A stretch of 62,000 nucleotides of DNA, from NCBI RefSeq assembly GCF_000737315.1, contig NZ_JMCB01000006.1, positions 144,001 through 206,000 on the forward strand, read 5' to 3'. Below, piece by piece: positions 1 through 10,091 of this stretch; the first letter of the stretch is position 1; every line of letters begins with the position of its first letter. The notes under the pieces were generated by a model that saw only the letters and a program-made list of their open reading frames with translations, ran no database searches and was not told where the DNA came from. This stretch comes from Hyalangium minutum (GTDB taxonomy: Bacteria; Myxococcota; Myxococcia; Myxococcales; Myxococcaceae). A program made the translations under genes and the position numbers.

Positions 1-9
1 CTGCTGACA

Positions 10-975
10 TTGCCGTTCAAGCCGGACGAGCTGTACCGGGTGCCCACGGATGATGGAGCGGCCATTGCGTTGGGGCGCTACCACGCGCGGGGGCAGCGCC
101 GGTACGCCGAGCCCGTCATCCTCTGCCATGGGCTGGGCGCCAACCGCTTCCACATGGACTTCGACGAGCGCTACAGCCTGGCCCGGTACCTGGCGCGCGC
201 GGGCTTCGAGACGTGGGTGATGGAGCTGCGCGGGCGGGGGTTGGCGGGGCCAGCGTCAGACTTTACGTTTGATGATCAGGCCGAGCACGACGTGCGCGCG
301 GCCATCCGCACGGTGGTGTCCACGGGCCCGAAGCAGGTGCTCTGGGTGGGGCACTCCAAGGGCGGGCTCACCTTATATGGGCACCTGGCGCGCAACCCGC
401 AGGCGCCGGTGCGCGCGGCGGCCACGCTGGGGGCGCCGTTCACCTTCGCGGTGCAGCCGGGCCTGCGCATCTTCATGAGCAAGATCGAGCCGCTGCTGCG
501 GCTCAGGAGCATCCCCACCCGGCGGATTACAGGCATCGCCGTGCTCGGCGCGCCGCCGGGGCCAATGACGCGCTACATGATGTTGGCCGACAACATGGAG
601 CCGGACGTGGTGCGCAAGGCGATGGCCAACGTGCCCGCCGACATCGCCGGGGGCGTAGTGCGGCAGTTCGCCCGGTGGATTACCACGCACAGCTTCACCT
701 CGTATGACGGGAGCTTCGACTACCAGGTGCCGCTGTCCGAGGTGCGCACGCCCTTCCTGCTGCTGGCGGGGAGCCGGGACTTGCTGGCGCCGCCGCTGGC
801 GGTGGCTCGGGCGAAGGAGCACCTCGGCGGGCCGGTGAAGCTCGTGGTCGCGGGCCGGGCGCACGGCTTCGCGGAGGACTACGGGCACGCGGACCTGGTG
901 CTGGGCCGCCGCGCGCCGGACGAAATCTTCCCGCTGGTGGAGACGTTCCTCTCCGCGAACGCGACGCGCGCCTGA
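10..975 (+). CDS. Alpha/beta-fold hydrolase (lipase/PHA-synthase-like)
   Basis: GHSKG nucleophile elbow, HGLG oxyanion motif, GSRD acid and YGH catalytic His. The TTG start at the window edge is uncertain. Confidence 0.85.
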   Translation: MPFKPDELYRVPTDDGAAIALGRYHARGQRRYAEPVILCHGLGANRFHMDFDERYSLARYLARAGFETWVMELRGRGLAGPASDFTFDDQAEHDVRAAIRTVVSTGPKQVLWVGHSKGGLTLYGHLARNPQAPVRAAATLGAPFTFAVQPGLRIFMSKIEPLLRLRSIPTRRITGIAVLGAPPGPMTRYMMLADNMEPDVVRKAMANVPADIAGGVVRQFARWITTHSFTSYDGSFDYQVPLSEVRTPFLLLAGSRDLLAPPLAVARAKEHLGGPVKLVVAGRAHGFAEDYGHADLVLGRRAPDEIFPLVETFLSANATRA

Positions 976-1034
976 CGCCTCGTGGCACCGGTTGTCCAGG
1001 CCCGCTCGCCGTGCTAGCCCGAGCGCCCGCCTCC

Positions 1035-2057
1035 ATGCCTTCTGCCCTTCGCTCCCTGCTTCTGCTCACGCTGCCGCTGGTGGCGTGCGAGCGCGCGCCC
1101 GCCCCGGGACGCGCCGAGGTGGACGTGCGCCACACGCGCGAGGAAGCCGGCACTCCGGTGGCGCGCTGGCAGGGGGACATGCTCACCGCCGAGGCGCTGG
1201 AGCAGCGCTTCCTGGAGATGAGCCCCGCCCTGCGCGAGCGCTACCAGACGCCCGAGGCCAAGCGCGAGTACGTGGAGAGCGTGGCCCGCTTCGAGCTGCT
1301 GGCGCGCGAGGCGCTCGAGCGGGGGCTGCAGAATGACCCCGAGGTGCTGGCCAGCTTCAAGCGGGCCCTGGTGAGCCGGTTGACCCGCCAGCAGCTGGAG
1401 AAGGCCGACGTCACGGTGACCGACGCCGAGGTGGCCGAGGCCTATGCGAAGGAGCGGGACAGCTTCTCGCGGCCCGCCCAGGTGCGCCTGTCGCACGTCT
1501 TCCTGGCGGCGCCTCGCGGAGATGCGGCCCGGGTGGCCACGGTTCGTGCCCGAGCCGAGGCGCTGATGAAGCAGATCCGCGCGCTGCCTCCCGCTGACTT
1601 CAAGTCCTTCGGGCAGGTGGCCCGGGAGCAGAGCGAGGAGCCTCGCACCCAGCCGCTGGATGGGGACATGCGCTTCCTCTCCGACGAGGCGCTCGCTCGC
1701 GCGTATGGCCCCGAGGTGCTCGCGGCGGCACGTGAGCTGAAAGAGTCGGGCGATGTGGTGGGGCCGGTGCAGACAGAGCAGGGCTTCCACCTCCTCAAGC
1801 TGAACGGACGGCTGCCCGCGGTGGACCTCTCCTTGGAGGAGGTACGCGAGCAGCTCACCCAGCGGCTTCGAGGCCTGAAGCAGAACCGAGCCTGGGCGGA
1901 CTTCCTGGAGGGCTTGGAGCGCCGCCAGGGGCTCTCCGTGGACGCGGCAGCGCTGGCGCGGGTGCCGGTGGACATGTCCGCGCCCATGCGTGCGCCCTTG
2001 GGGCCGCTGCCGGGGACGGTGCCCGCCCCCTATGCCTCTGAGGGGGAAATGCCATGA
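1035..2057 (+). CDS. Parvulin/PpiC-type peptidyl-prolyl isomerase lipoprotein
   Basis: Lipobox LVAC, SurA-N-like helices, SHVFL...GDMRF...GPVQTEQGFHLLKL rotamase motifs. Start placed at ATG 1035. Confidence 0.85.
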   Translation: MPSALRSLLLLTLPLVACERAPAPGRAEVDVRHTREEAGTPVARWQGDMLTAEALEQRFLEMSPALRERYQTPEAKREYVESVARFELLAREALERGLQNDPEVLASFKRALVSRLTRQQLEKADVTVTDAEVAEAYAKERDSFSRPAQVRLSHVFLAAPRGDAARVATVRARAEALMKQIRALPPADFKSFGQVAREQSEEPRTQPLDGDMRFLSDEALARAYGPEVLAAARELKESGDVVGPVQTEQGFHLLKLNGRLPAVDLSLEEVREQLTQRLRGLKQNRAWADFLEGLERRQGLSVDAAALARVPVDMSAPMRAPLGPLPGTVPAPYASEGEMP

Positions 2058-2131
2058 AGGCTACCTTGCCGGGCGCTCAGGCGTGGGCCACCGTTGCCCT
2101 TCTCTCGCGTCCCTCGTAGAGGAGAGCTTGC

Positions 2132-3130
2132 ATGCGCCCCTTTCCTACCCGCACTTCTCCGCTCCTCCTCGTGACCCTGGCGCTCGGCACCCTGGGCGCG
2201 GTGGGCTGCAACAAGCCGCCCGAGGCGGAGCCCGATGCCAACGTGGTGGCCACGGTGAATGGCGAGGGGGTGCGCCGCGCCGACTTCGAACAGGAGCTGA
2301 CGCGGGAGCTGTCCTCCTCCGAGGGCCCCGAGCTCACGCCCGAGGAGGTAGAGCCCTTCAAGCGGGCGCTGCTGGACAGCATCGTGAAGCGGCTGCTGCT
2401 GTTGCAGGAGGCGAAGCAGCACAACATCACCGTGACGCCGGAGGAGGTGGACCGGCAGATGCTGCGGCTGACGGGCGACTACCCCACGGACAGCTTCAGC
2501 GACGCGCTGGCACAGGGGCAGCTGTCGCTGGCCGAGCTGCGGGCGCGCGAGTCCCAGCGGCTCATCATCGAGAAGCTCTTCGCGAACCACGTGTACGCGC
2601 GCGTGGCGGTGACGGAGGAGGAGCTGCGCGCGTACTTCACGGCCCACGAGGCGGAGTTCCAGGAGCCGGAGGAGGTCCACGCGGCGCAGTTGGTGGTGAA
2701 GGGGCTGGACGAGGCCAAGCGGGTGCAGGCACTGCTGAAATCGGGGAAGAAGTTCGCGGATCTGGCGCGGCGCTACTCGCTGAGCGCGGACGCGAAGGTG
2801 GGCGGGGACTTGGGGTTCTTCCCGCGTGGGCAGATGCCGAAGGCGTTCGATGACGTGGTGTTCAACATGCGGCCGGGACAGGTGTCGGACGTGGTGTCCA
2901 CGGAGTACGGCTTCCACCTGTTCAAGGTCATCGAGTTCAAGCCGGGCCGGAAGCGGGACCTCGCGGAGGTGCGAGGGCAGATCGAGGCGCGCATCGTGAT
3001 GCTCAAGCAGTCCGAGGCGCAGGAGGCCTTCGAGAAGGAACTGCAGGAGAAGGCCAAAATCTGGGTGAACGAGGCAGCACTGCAGACCATCCGTGGCAAG
3101 CCTGTGCCGCAGGCCCCGGCGGCGGAGTAG
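2132..3130 (+). CDS. Parvulin/PrsA-type peptidyl-prolyl isomerase lipoprotein
   Basis: AGGAG RBS, lipobox AVGC, FADLARRYS...GGDLGFFPRGQMPKAF...STEYGFHLFK. Confidence 0.9.
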   Translation: MRPFPTRTSPLLLVTLALGTLGAVGCNKPPEAEPDANVVATVNGEGVRRADFEQELTRELSSSEGPELTPEEVEPFKRALLDSIVKRLLLLQEAKQHNITVTPEEVDRQMLRLTGDYPTDSFSDALAQGQLSLAELRARESQRLIIEKLFANHVYARVAVTEEELRAYFTAHEAEFQEPEEVHAAQLVVKGLDEAKRVQALLKSGKKFADLARRYSLSADAKVGGDLGFFPRGQMPKAFDDVVFNMRPGQVSDVVSTEYGFHLFKVIEFKPGRKRDLAEVRGQIEARIVMLKQSEAQEAFEKELQEKAKIWVNEAALQTIRGKPVPQAPAAE

Positions 3131-3179
3131 AACAGAGTTCGAGCCCCGGCAGGGCCTGGGGCGCATCCGAGGGATTGAG

Positions 3180-4145
3180 ATGAAGACGTGGCTGGGAGTC
3201 ATCGCGGTGGCCGTGCTGGTGGTGGCGGGGGCGGCGCGCGCGGAGCTGGTGGACAAGGTGGCGGCGGTGGTGAACCGCGACATCATCGCACTGTCCGAGG
3301 TGCAGCAGCGGGCCTCGCCGGAGCTGGCGCGGCTGACGGAGCGGGATCCGCGCAAGCGCACCGAGCAGCGCAACCAGGTGATGAAGCTGGCGCTGGACCA
3401 GCTCATCGCGGAGAAGCTGGTGGAGGCGGAGGTGAAGGAGCTGGGGTTGACGTCCTCGGCCTCGGAGATCGACGAGGCGATGGCGGACGTGCAGCGGCAG
3501 AACAGCATCACGGATCCGGCGCAGTTCGAGCAGTTGCTGGCGCGCGAGGGCTACACGCTGAAGACCTACAAGGAGTTCCTCGGCAAGCAGATTGCGCGCG
3601 GCAAGCTCATGCAGCTGAAGGTGTCGTCGAAGATCAAGGTGTCCGAGGAGGACCTGAAGGCGGCCTACGCGCAGTACGCGAAGAACGAGGGCGAGGACGT
3701 GGAGGTGCACGCGCGGCACATCCTGGTGTCGGTGGATCCGAAGGCGACGCCGGAGGAGGTGGAGGCGGCGCGGAAGAAGGCGCTGACCATCATGGAGGAG
3801 GCGCGGCGGCCGGGGATGGACTTCTCGTCGCTGGCGAAGGCGCGCAGCGAGGGCCCGAGCAAGGAGGACGGTGGAGACCTGGGCTTCTTCCGGCGCGGAG
3901 TGATGGTGCCGGCGTTCGAGAAGGCGGCGTTCTCGCTGAAGGAGGGCGAGGTGAGCGAGCCAATCCGCACCAACTTTGGATGGCACGTGCTGAAGGTGGA
4001 GGAGCGGCGAGCGGTGGGGGTGGCGGACTACGAGGAGCTGCGGCCGAAGCTGGAGATGCAGCTGCGGCAACAGAAGACGGAGAAGTTCGTCGACCAGTAC
4101 GTGCAGGAGCTGAAGAAGAAGGCCGTCATCGAGGTGAAGCTCTGA
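3180..4145 (+). CDS. surA: SurA-like chaperone / peptidyl-prolyl isomerase
   Basis: Signal peptide MKTWLGV...AARA, VDKVAAVVNRDII SurA-N start, HILV...GGDLGFF...FEKAAF...TNFGWHVLKV. Directly upstream of pdxA, the usual surA-pdxA order. Confidence 0.85.
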   Translation: MKTWLGVIAVAVLVVAGAARAELVDKVAAVVNRDIIALSEVQQRASPELARLTERDPRKRTEQRNQVMKLALDQLIAEKLVEAEVKELGLTSSASEIDEAMADVQRQNSITDPAQFEQLLAREGYTLKTYKEFLGKQIARGKLMQLKVSSKIKVSEEDLKAAYAQYAKNEGEDVEVHARHILVSVDPKATPEEVEAARKKALTIMEEARRPGMDFSSLAKARSEGPSKEDGGDLGFFRRGVMVPAFEKAAFSLKEGEVSEPIRTNFGWHVLKVEERRAVGVADYEELRPKLEMQLRQQKTEKFVDQYVQELKKKAVIEVKL

Positions 4146-4156
4146 GCACCCAGCAT

Positions 4157-5131
4157 GTGCCGGTGGTGGGTATCTCCCTGGGCGATGTGTCCGGCATCGG
4201 CCCAGAGGTGACGGCAGCGGCGCTGGCGCTGCCTCGGGTGCGCCGGGAGCTGGTGCCAGTGGTGTTCGGAGACGGCCCCACGCTGGCGCGCTTTCCGATC
4301 TTCAAGAAGTACGCGCGCGCCACTCCGGAGACACTGAGCCGGGCCACGGGCCCCACCGTGTGCGAGGTATCCACGCTGGCCGAGAAGGATCGCCGGCCGG
4401 GCAAGCCCTCCGCGGCAGGAGGGCGCGCCCAGTACACTTATGTGACGGCGGCCATCGAGGCCGCGCGCGCCGGGCACGTCGATGCGCTGTGCACAGCACC
4501 GGTGTCCAAGGAGCAGATTTCCCGCGCGGGGATTCCCTTCATGGGACACACCGAGGTGCTGGCAGAGGCATTCGGCGTCGAGGTGCTGATGCTGATGGAT
4601 GGGCCTCGGGTGCGCATCGCACTGGCCACCAACCACGTGCCCGTGTCCGCGCTGCCCCAGCTGCTGACGGTGGAGAAGCTCACGGAGCAGCTCGTGCTGC
4701 TGTCGCGAGAGCTGAAGCCCGTGGTGGGACGCCGCCCGCGCATCGCGGTGCTGGGCCTCAATCCCCACGCGGGCGAGGGCGGGCTCTTGGGGCGCGAGGA
4801 AGTGGAGATCATCTCTCCCGCCATCCAGCAAGCCCGGAAGGCGCGGGTGGATGCGCACGGACCGATTCCCGCGGATGGCCTGTTCGCGCGGCCGGATGAC
4901 ATCCCCTACGACGCGGTGCTGGCCATGTACCACGACCAGGGCCTCATCCCCGCCAAGGCCCTGGACTTCGAGCGCACCGTGAACGTGACGCTGGGACTCC
5001 CGGTGCCTCGCACGTCGCCAGACCACGGCACCGCGTACTCGCTCGCGGGCACGGGCAAGGCCAGCCGCGTGCCCATGGTGGAGGCGCTGCTCAAGGCAGC
5101 GCTCCTGGCTCGGGCCAGGCTCAGAAGATGA
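4157..5131 (+). CDS. pdxA: 4-hydroxythreonine-4-phosphate dehydrogenase
   Basis: GDVSGIGPE, TAPVSK, GHTE, LNPHAGEGG, AMYHDQG, RTSPDHGTA motifs. GTG start inferred; the longer ORF track entry is an artefact. Confidence 0.95.
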   Translation: MPVVGISLGDVSGIGPEVTAAALALPRVRRELVPVVFGDGPTLARFPIFKKYARATPETLSRATGPTVCEVSTLAEKDRRPGKPSAAGGRAQYTYVTAAIEAARAGHVDALCTAPVSKEQISRAGIPFMGHTEVLAEAFGVEVLMLMDGPRVRIALATNHVPVSALPQLLTVEKLTEQLVLLSRELKPVVGRRPRIAVLGLNPHAGEGGLLGREEVEIISPAIQQARKARVDAHGPIPADGLFARPDDIPYDAVLAMYHDQGLIPAKALDFERTVNVTLGLPVPRTSPDHGTAYSLAGTGKASRVPMVEALLKAALLARARLRR

Positions 5132-6746
5132 AGGGGAAGCGGATCGCCCCCATCTGAGTCCGGTGCTTCGGGAACTTCCACCCGCGCACCACGTCTTCGA
5201 CGCAGGTCGCCAGCGCGGTCCCCTTCAACGCCTTCGTCTCCATCGTGGCCTGCTGGGTGGAGCCGCTCGGCAGGATGAACCACCGCACCATGAACTTGCC
5301 CCCGCTCAGCCCGGGGATCGCCTCCTTGTGCCGCTGGATGCAAGAGGAGATGGCCGGCTGGTTCGCGATCACCACCTGCTGGATGTCATCGGGCGCGAGC
5401 GTCTCCGGGAGGTTCGCGTCCGGATCCGGAGGAACCCACACCGACTTCACACGCGTGGACTCCGGCTTCTTCTGGATCGCATCCTTCGTGAAGCCCAGCT
5501 TCCGCGCGAACTCCTCGTCGAACTCGGAGCCGTCATCGGCTTCGCTCTGTGGCGCCGGAGGAGGCTCAGCCTTCGCCACCACCGGAGCACGTGTCTCCTG
5601 CGGCGGCTGAAGCACCGGAAGCTCTTCCTCCTCGGCATCCTCTAGGGACGGGTCCTCGAGCTGGCGCCGAGCCTCCACGGCCGGAGCCCTCCGCGCTTGG
5701 ACCTTCTCACGTGACGGGAGCGCCTCGGCCTTCACGGAGGTGCCCACCGGCCCCGGGCTTCGCGACACCGAGGCCCCGGCCTTGTCACCGGGAACCACCG
5801 CCCCCGGAACAGGCACCGGCACGGCGTGCGCGATCGACGCGGCCTCCAGCGAAGTCTTGGGCTCGGGGATTGACGCGGCCTGAGCCACGGCTCCAGCAGC
5901 GGGCTCCGCCTGTGGCGCGGGCACCGGCGCGGGAGGTGTCGGCTCACGCGTGGCCACCGCCCTCCCGGGAACCACCGGTCCCGGCACCGCCTCCACAGTC
6001 CCGTTCGCCACCGAGACCCAGTCCGCGACGAGCCGCCCCGGCTCGCGCGGGAGCGGCGAGTCCTTCACGACGAGCACAGGCTCCAGAACCGCCGCAGCAG
6101 CCACCGTGGCCACTGTGCCCGCGGGTGCATAGGCGGCCATCACCTGCGCCCGGTCCGGCAGGCTGTCTCGCGTCATCCAGAGCATCGCCGCGACGAATGC
6201 GCTCGCAGCGCTCACCCCCGTCAGGGCTCCCACCATCAGCCACGGCGCGCGGCTCGGCGCCGCAGGAGCGGGAGCCACAGGGAGGTTCCTCCCCTGCTGC
6301 ATCAGGTGCGGCGCCATGGCCAACCCCGGCAAGGGCGCAGGCAGCGGAGCCCACGGGGCCTCCAGACGGGACGGATCCACAGGCGAAGCAGGACCCAGCT
6401 CGGGTTCCGGCTTCACCCTCAGGTGCTCTGGGACTTCACACGCCGTGCTCTCGATGTCCTGAGCGTTCTCCGCGGACGGCTCCACCGCGGGCTTCCCGCG
6501 CAGCCACTGCTCCTCTTCAGCCGCCAGCGCGAGCACGCTCTGCAGACGCTCCGCGGGCTTCTCCGTCTCAGGCGCAGGCTTCGCCTCCACCGGAAGCTGG
6601 GCGGACAGCTCCCGATCCAGATACGCATCCAGCTCCGCGTCGAGTGCCTCGTGCACATCTCCTGAGACACCGCTGCCGTGATGTTCCTTCCACGCCGCGC
6701 CTTGGACGGAGAGCGGATCCGTCCGCTCCGTTGGATTCTCGACCAC
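5121..6746 (-). CDS. AgmX/PglI (GltJ/GltG-like) C-terminal TonB_C-like domain membrane protein
   Basis: Single TM (APWLMVGALTG...AAMLWM), long Pro/Ala linker, C-terminal IQQVV...ISSC...VRWFILPSG...CVEDVVRGWKFP. Start uncertain. Confidence 0.75.
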   Translation of the reverse strand: MVENPTERTDPLSVQGAAWKEHHGSGVSGDVHEALDAELDAYLDRELSAQLPVEAKPAPETEKPAERLQSVLALAAEEEQWLRGKPAVEPSAENAQDIESTACEVPEHLRVKPEPELGPASPVDPSRLEAPWAPLPAPLPGLAMAPHLMQQGRNLPVAPAPAAPSRAPWLMVGALTGVSAASAFVAAMLWMTRDSLPDRAQVMAAYAPAGTVATVAAAAVLEPVLVVKDSPLPREPGRLVADWVSVANGTVEAVPGPVVPGRAVATREPTPPAPVPAPQAEPAAGAVAQAASIPEPKTSLEAASIAHAVPVPVPGAVVPGDKAGASVSRSPGPVGTSVKAEALPSREKVQARRAPAVEARRQLEDPSLEDAEEEELPVLQPPQETRAPVVAKAEPPPAPQSEADDGSEFDEEFARKLGFTKDAIQKKPESTRVKSVWVPPDPDANLPETLAPDDIQQVVIANQPAISSCIQRHKEAIPGLSGGKFMVRWFILPSGSTQQATMETKALKGTALATCVEDVVRGWKFPKHRTQMGAIRFPFIF

Positions 6747-6950
6747 GCCCCACCCCCTGGCCCAACCCGATAAAGCTGCCCAAAGCTAGGCAGTCTCACG
6801 GGCCATGCCACCCGGATGTTCACCAGCGGGCAGTGGCTCCTTCCGCTAACAGGCACTGCATCCCTAGAGCGTCGCGTGCCACGCAGCAGGACCCGCTCCC
6901 AAGGGTGTAGGCCCTTCTTCTCGCAACACGGCCGCCCATCTCGTGCCGGA

Positions 6951-8078
6951 CTACTCCTGGGCCGCGATCCGCCGCGTGGCGAGCGGTGCCAGCCTCCGCA
7001 TGGAGGCCTTGCCGACCACCACGTCCACCATCTTCCGCACCCGCGTCCAGACGCTCTCCTGCACGTAGGGCACACCATACCGCTCGCACAGGGCGCGCAC
7101 CTTCGGCTGTGCCTCGCGGTACTTGAGCATCGGCAGATCCGGCCAGAGGTGATGCTCAATCTGATAGTTCAGCCACAGGTGCGCGAAGTCGTTCAGGTCC
7201 CCGCCCGTGCGGTAGTTGGCGCTCCCCACCACCTGCTGCACGAACCGGGCGCCCCGGCTCTCGGGCGGCGCGTCGAACCGGTAGAGATCTCCGCCCGTGT
7301 GGTTGGGCCCCACCACGAGGAAGGTGTGCAGGTTCGTGAGCAGATCCGCCAGCACCGAGTTGCACAGCGCGCTGAACGCCGCCCACACCCCCAGCGGCAA
7401 GAACAGCGCCGGGAGCAGCACGAAGCAGCACACCGCATAGGGCGCGTAGCACCGCGTCACCAGCTCCCACCGCTCGGCCCGGGAGAGCGAGGAGCTCTCC
7501 CGGCGGCCCTTGCGACGCCACGCACTCAGCGTCTCCGGCGCGTAATAGCTGGCCCGCCACGTCAGCGCGAGCAACCCGAGCTGCAGATAGCGAAGCACCA
7601 GCGGCCGGCGCGTGTCGCGCAGCGTGTCCTCGGCATTGCGCTCGAGCAGATCTGGATCCGCCTCCTCGCCCGTGTGTGAATGGTGGAGCACGTTGTGCTC
7701 GAAGATCCACGCGTCCGGGAGCATCCAGTCCAGCCAGTCCAGCCACCGGCGTCCTCCACGCGCAAACCCCTTGCTCGTGCGGCCTGCGGGCAGGGACGGC
7801 ACCTGGTCATACCCGCGGTGTCCCACGTGGTGCATCAGCAGCCAGCGCGTGGAGCGCCCCAGGCTCAGCGCCGCCGCGCTCAGCGGGTTGGGCACCAGCC
7901 AGCACGTGGCCAGCCCCAGCAGCGTGGCCACCCGGCCCCAGCGCTCGATCTTCCGCAGGTGCTTCGCATCGGCCTCCCCCAGCGAGGCGTCCAGTTCCTC
8001 CCGCAGCGCCTTCAGCTCCCGCTGAAAGCCCTCCAGGTCCACGGTGGAGGGATCAAAGAAGCGCTCGGGCTGGGACAT
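6951..8078 (-). CDS. Membrane fatty-acid (acyl-CoA) desaturase, DesA3-like
   Basis: Three His boxes: HHVGH, HNVLHH, QIEHHLWP. Confidence 0.9.
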   Translation of the reverse strand: MSQPERFFDPSTVDLEGFQRELKALREELDASLGEADAKHLRKIERWGRVATLLGLATCWLVPNPLSAAALSLGRSTRWLLMHHVGHRGYDQVPSLPAGRTSKGFARGGRRWLDWLDWMLPDAWIFEHNVLHHSHTGEEADPDLLERNAEDTLRDTRRPLVLRYLQLGLLALTWRASYYAPETLSAWRRKGRRESSSLSRAERWELVTRCYAPYAVCCFVLLPALFLPLGVWAAFSALCNSVLADLLTNLHTFLVVGPNHTGGDLYRFDAPPESRGARFVQQVVGSANYRTGGDLNDFAHLWLNYQIEHHLWPDLPMLKYREAQPKVRALCERYGVPYVQESVWTRVRKMVDVVVGKASMRRLAPLATRRIAAQE

Positions 8079-8201
8079 GCCAAGGTGTCTCGGGCAAGGG
8101 GGACAGCGCGGAGCCTACCAGCGTTTCCGCCTCGGCCCGCGCCAGAGCCTGAGTGCCGCAACCCCGCTTCGTTTGGGCCGCCCTTCTGCTATGTGCTGTT
8201 C

Positions 8202-10082
8202 GTGGTGAGACGCATACCCCGAGGCACACTCCCAACCGGCATCTTCCTCCTGGCCTGGGGCAGCCTGCTCGTGCAGGTGCTCCTCCACTTTGCCCCGGGG
8301 AATGCCGCCGTCACGGGCTGGAACTCCGACGCCTCCATCACGGTGCTGCAGTCGAATGATCCGGTGTTCGATGCCTTCCGGCTCTACTACTACGGGCAGG
8401 ATCGCATCGGCGCGTGGCCGTGGCTGCTGGCCCAGGGCTGGCGCGCGCTGACGGGCTTCGACTGGACGCCCTGGCGCGTCTTCGCGTGGCAGGCCACCTG
8501 GGCCTGTATCGCCTGCCTCGCGCTCCGAGGGCTCCAGCAACAGGCCGGGTGGCTGCTGGCGGCCACCTTCGGCGCGCTCGCCCTGCTCTCGCCCCTCTTC
8601 CAGGTGCAGCTCTTCGCGCTCAGCCAGCCGTTTGGGTGGCAGCTCACGGCGCTCTTCCTCGCGTGGTGGGCGCTGATGCGGCTCTTGCGCCACCTGGGCG
8701 GTCCCTCCTCCGGGCCTGGGGCTGTGGCCCGCTGGGCCGCTGCCTCTGTGCTCTTCTGCACGCTGGCGTGCTGGACCTCCCCCACCTCCGGGCCGCTGCT
8801 CCTGGTAGCCATCGTGGTGGAGGGCGTTCGCGTAGGGCTTGTCAGCCCGGGGAGACGGCGCTGGGCCTTGCTGGCCGCACTCGTTCCGCTGGCGGCGGGC
8901 ATCGGCTTCGAGTCCGCGACCCGCCACTTCTTCCATCGCTTCGCGAAGAAGCAGTTTGGCCATGCGTATGCCACCCAGCTGAAGGTGGACAAAGGCTTCC
9001 TCGCGGAGAACGCCCGAGCCATGTTCGGACGCCTCCTCGAGGACCCGCTGGGGGTGGTGGTACTCGTGGGGCTCGGGTTGGCGGTGGTGGCGGCGGTGTT
9101 CCTCGTGCTCCAGCTGCGCCGGCGCGCCCTGGATCCGCGCCGGCCCCAGGAGGAGCTCGCGTTCCTCACGATCGCGCTCGCGGGCGGGGCGCTCGGCAAC
9201 GCCTTCATCGCCACCGTGGTGCTCCACGTGCGCATCAATGGCCATGACATCCGGTACCTGGTGCCCACGTTCGTGCTCGGCACGCTGGCCGCAGCCTCGG
9301 GGCTGAGCCTCGTCTTGCACCTCGTACCTGCACTGCGCACCCGGGCGGCGGGCCTGTCGGTGCTGGCCGCGGGAGGGCTCTTCGCCGCAAGCCACCTGCT
9401 CGTGCAGCCCCGCATTCCCGAGCCGACGCTGGAGCTGGCACAGGCCGCCGCGGACGCGGTGGTGGCCCGCGCGGGCGAGACGGTCCTGCTCGGCGGTTAC
9501 TGGGACACGTACTTGCTGGGCGCGCTGGATCCCGAGCACCGCCTGCTGTCGGTCTCGGTGGACGGTGACTACCAGCGCACCCCGTTCTGGATACCCAAAG
9601 TCCGCGAGGCGCAGCACATCCTGATGGCGTTCTTCCACGGGTATCTCGGGAGCGCGGAGGCTCCCGCCCCTTGGCTGTTGCAGTACGGAGCGCCGTTCCA
9701 GCTCGAGGATCCGCGCTGGGAGGTTCACCCACCCTTCACCTTCGCCCGCTACCGGAATGCCTCCTCTCAGCAGGTCCCGATGCGCTCGGAGCCCGAGAAG
9801 ACCTTCACGCCCTGCGAGCCCGGCGCCACGGTGACCTATCGCTTCGAGCAGCCCGTGGAGCGAGGCCTCCTCCTGGTGAGCACCCATGCGCCCACGAGCG
9901 GCGCCGAGGCGCGAGCCGCCGATGGAACCGAGGCCCGCGTGGAGGGAGTGCCTCACCTGTGGCTCGTGCACCTCGAGCGCGGAGCCACCCCCTGGCGTGA
10001 GGTGACGCTCCGCACCGGATCGACATCGCGCCCCGAAGACTGTTGGTACCGCAGCACCGCGCTGCTGCGCCTCGAACCCTGA
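8202..10082 (+). CDS. Polytopic membrane protein, possibly GT-C-fold glycosyltransferase-like
   Basis: About 10-12 hydrophobic segments, first loop with NSD...YYYGQDR, soluble C-terminal domain. GTG start inferred near 8202/8205. Confidence 0.6.
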   Translation: MVRRIPRGTLPTGIFLLAWGSLLVQVLLHFAPGNAAVTGWNSDASITVLQSNDPVFDAFRLYYYGQDRIGAWPWLLAQGWRALTGFDWTPWRVFAWQATWACIACLALRGLQQQAGWLLAATFGALALLSPLFQVQLFALSQPFGWQLTALFLAWWALMRLLRHLGGPSSGPGAVARWAAASVLFCTLACWTSPTSGPLLLVAIVVEGVRVGLVSPGRRRWALLAALVPLAAGIGFESATRHFFHRFAKKQFGHAYATQLKVDKGFLAENARAMFGRLLEDPLGVVVLVGLGLAVVAAVFLVLQLRRRALDPRRPQEELAFLTIALAGGALGNAFIATVVLHVRINGHDIRYLVPTFVLGTLAAASGLSLVLHLVPALRTRAAGLSVLAAGGLFAASHLLVQPRIPEPTLELAQAAADAVVARAGETVLLGGYWDTYLLGALDPEHRLLSVSVDGDYQRTPFWIPKVREAQHILMAFFHGYLGSAEAPAPWLLQYGAPFQLEDPRWEVHPPFTFARYRNASSQQVPMRSEPEKTFTPCEPGATVTYRFEQPVERGLLLVSTHAPTSGAEARAADGTEARVEGVPHLWLVHLERGATPWREVTLRTGSTSRPEDCWYRSTALLRLEP

Positions 10083-10091
10083 GGAGCTCCC

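Noticed and set aside
3188-4156. 647-aa ORF implying a long N-terminal extension on PdxA
   Set aside because: The extension is the alternate frame of surA. PdxA homology begins at VPVVGISLGD.
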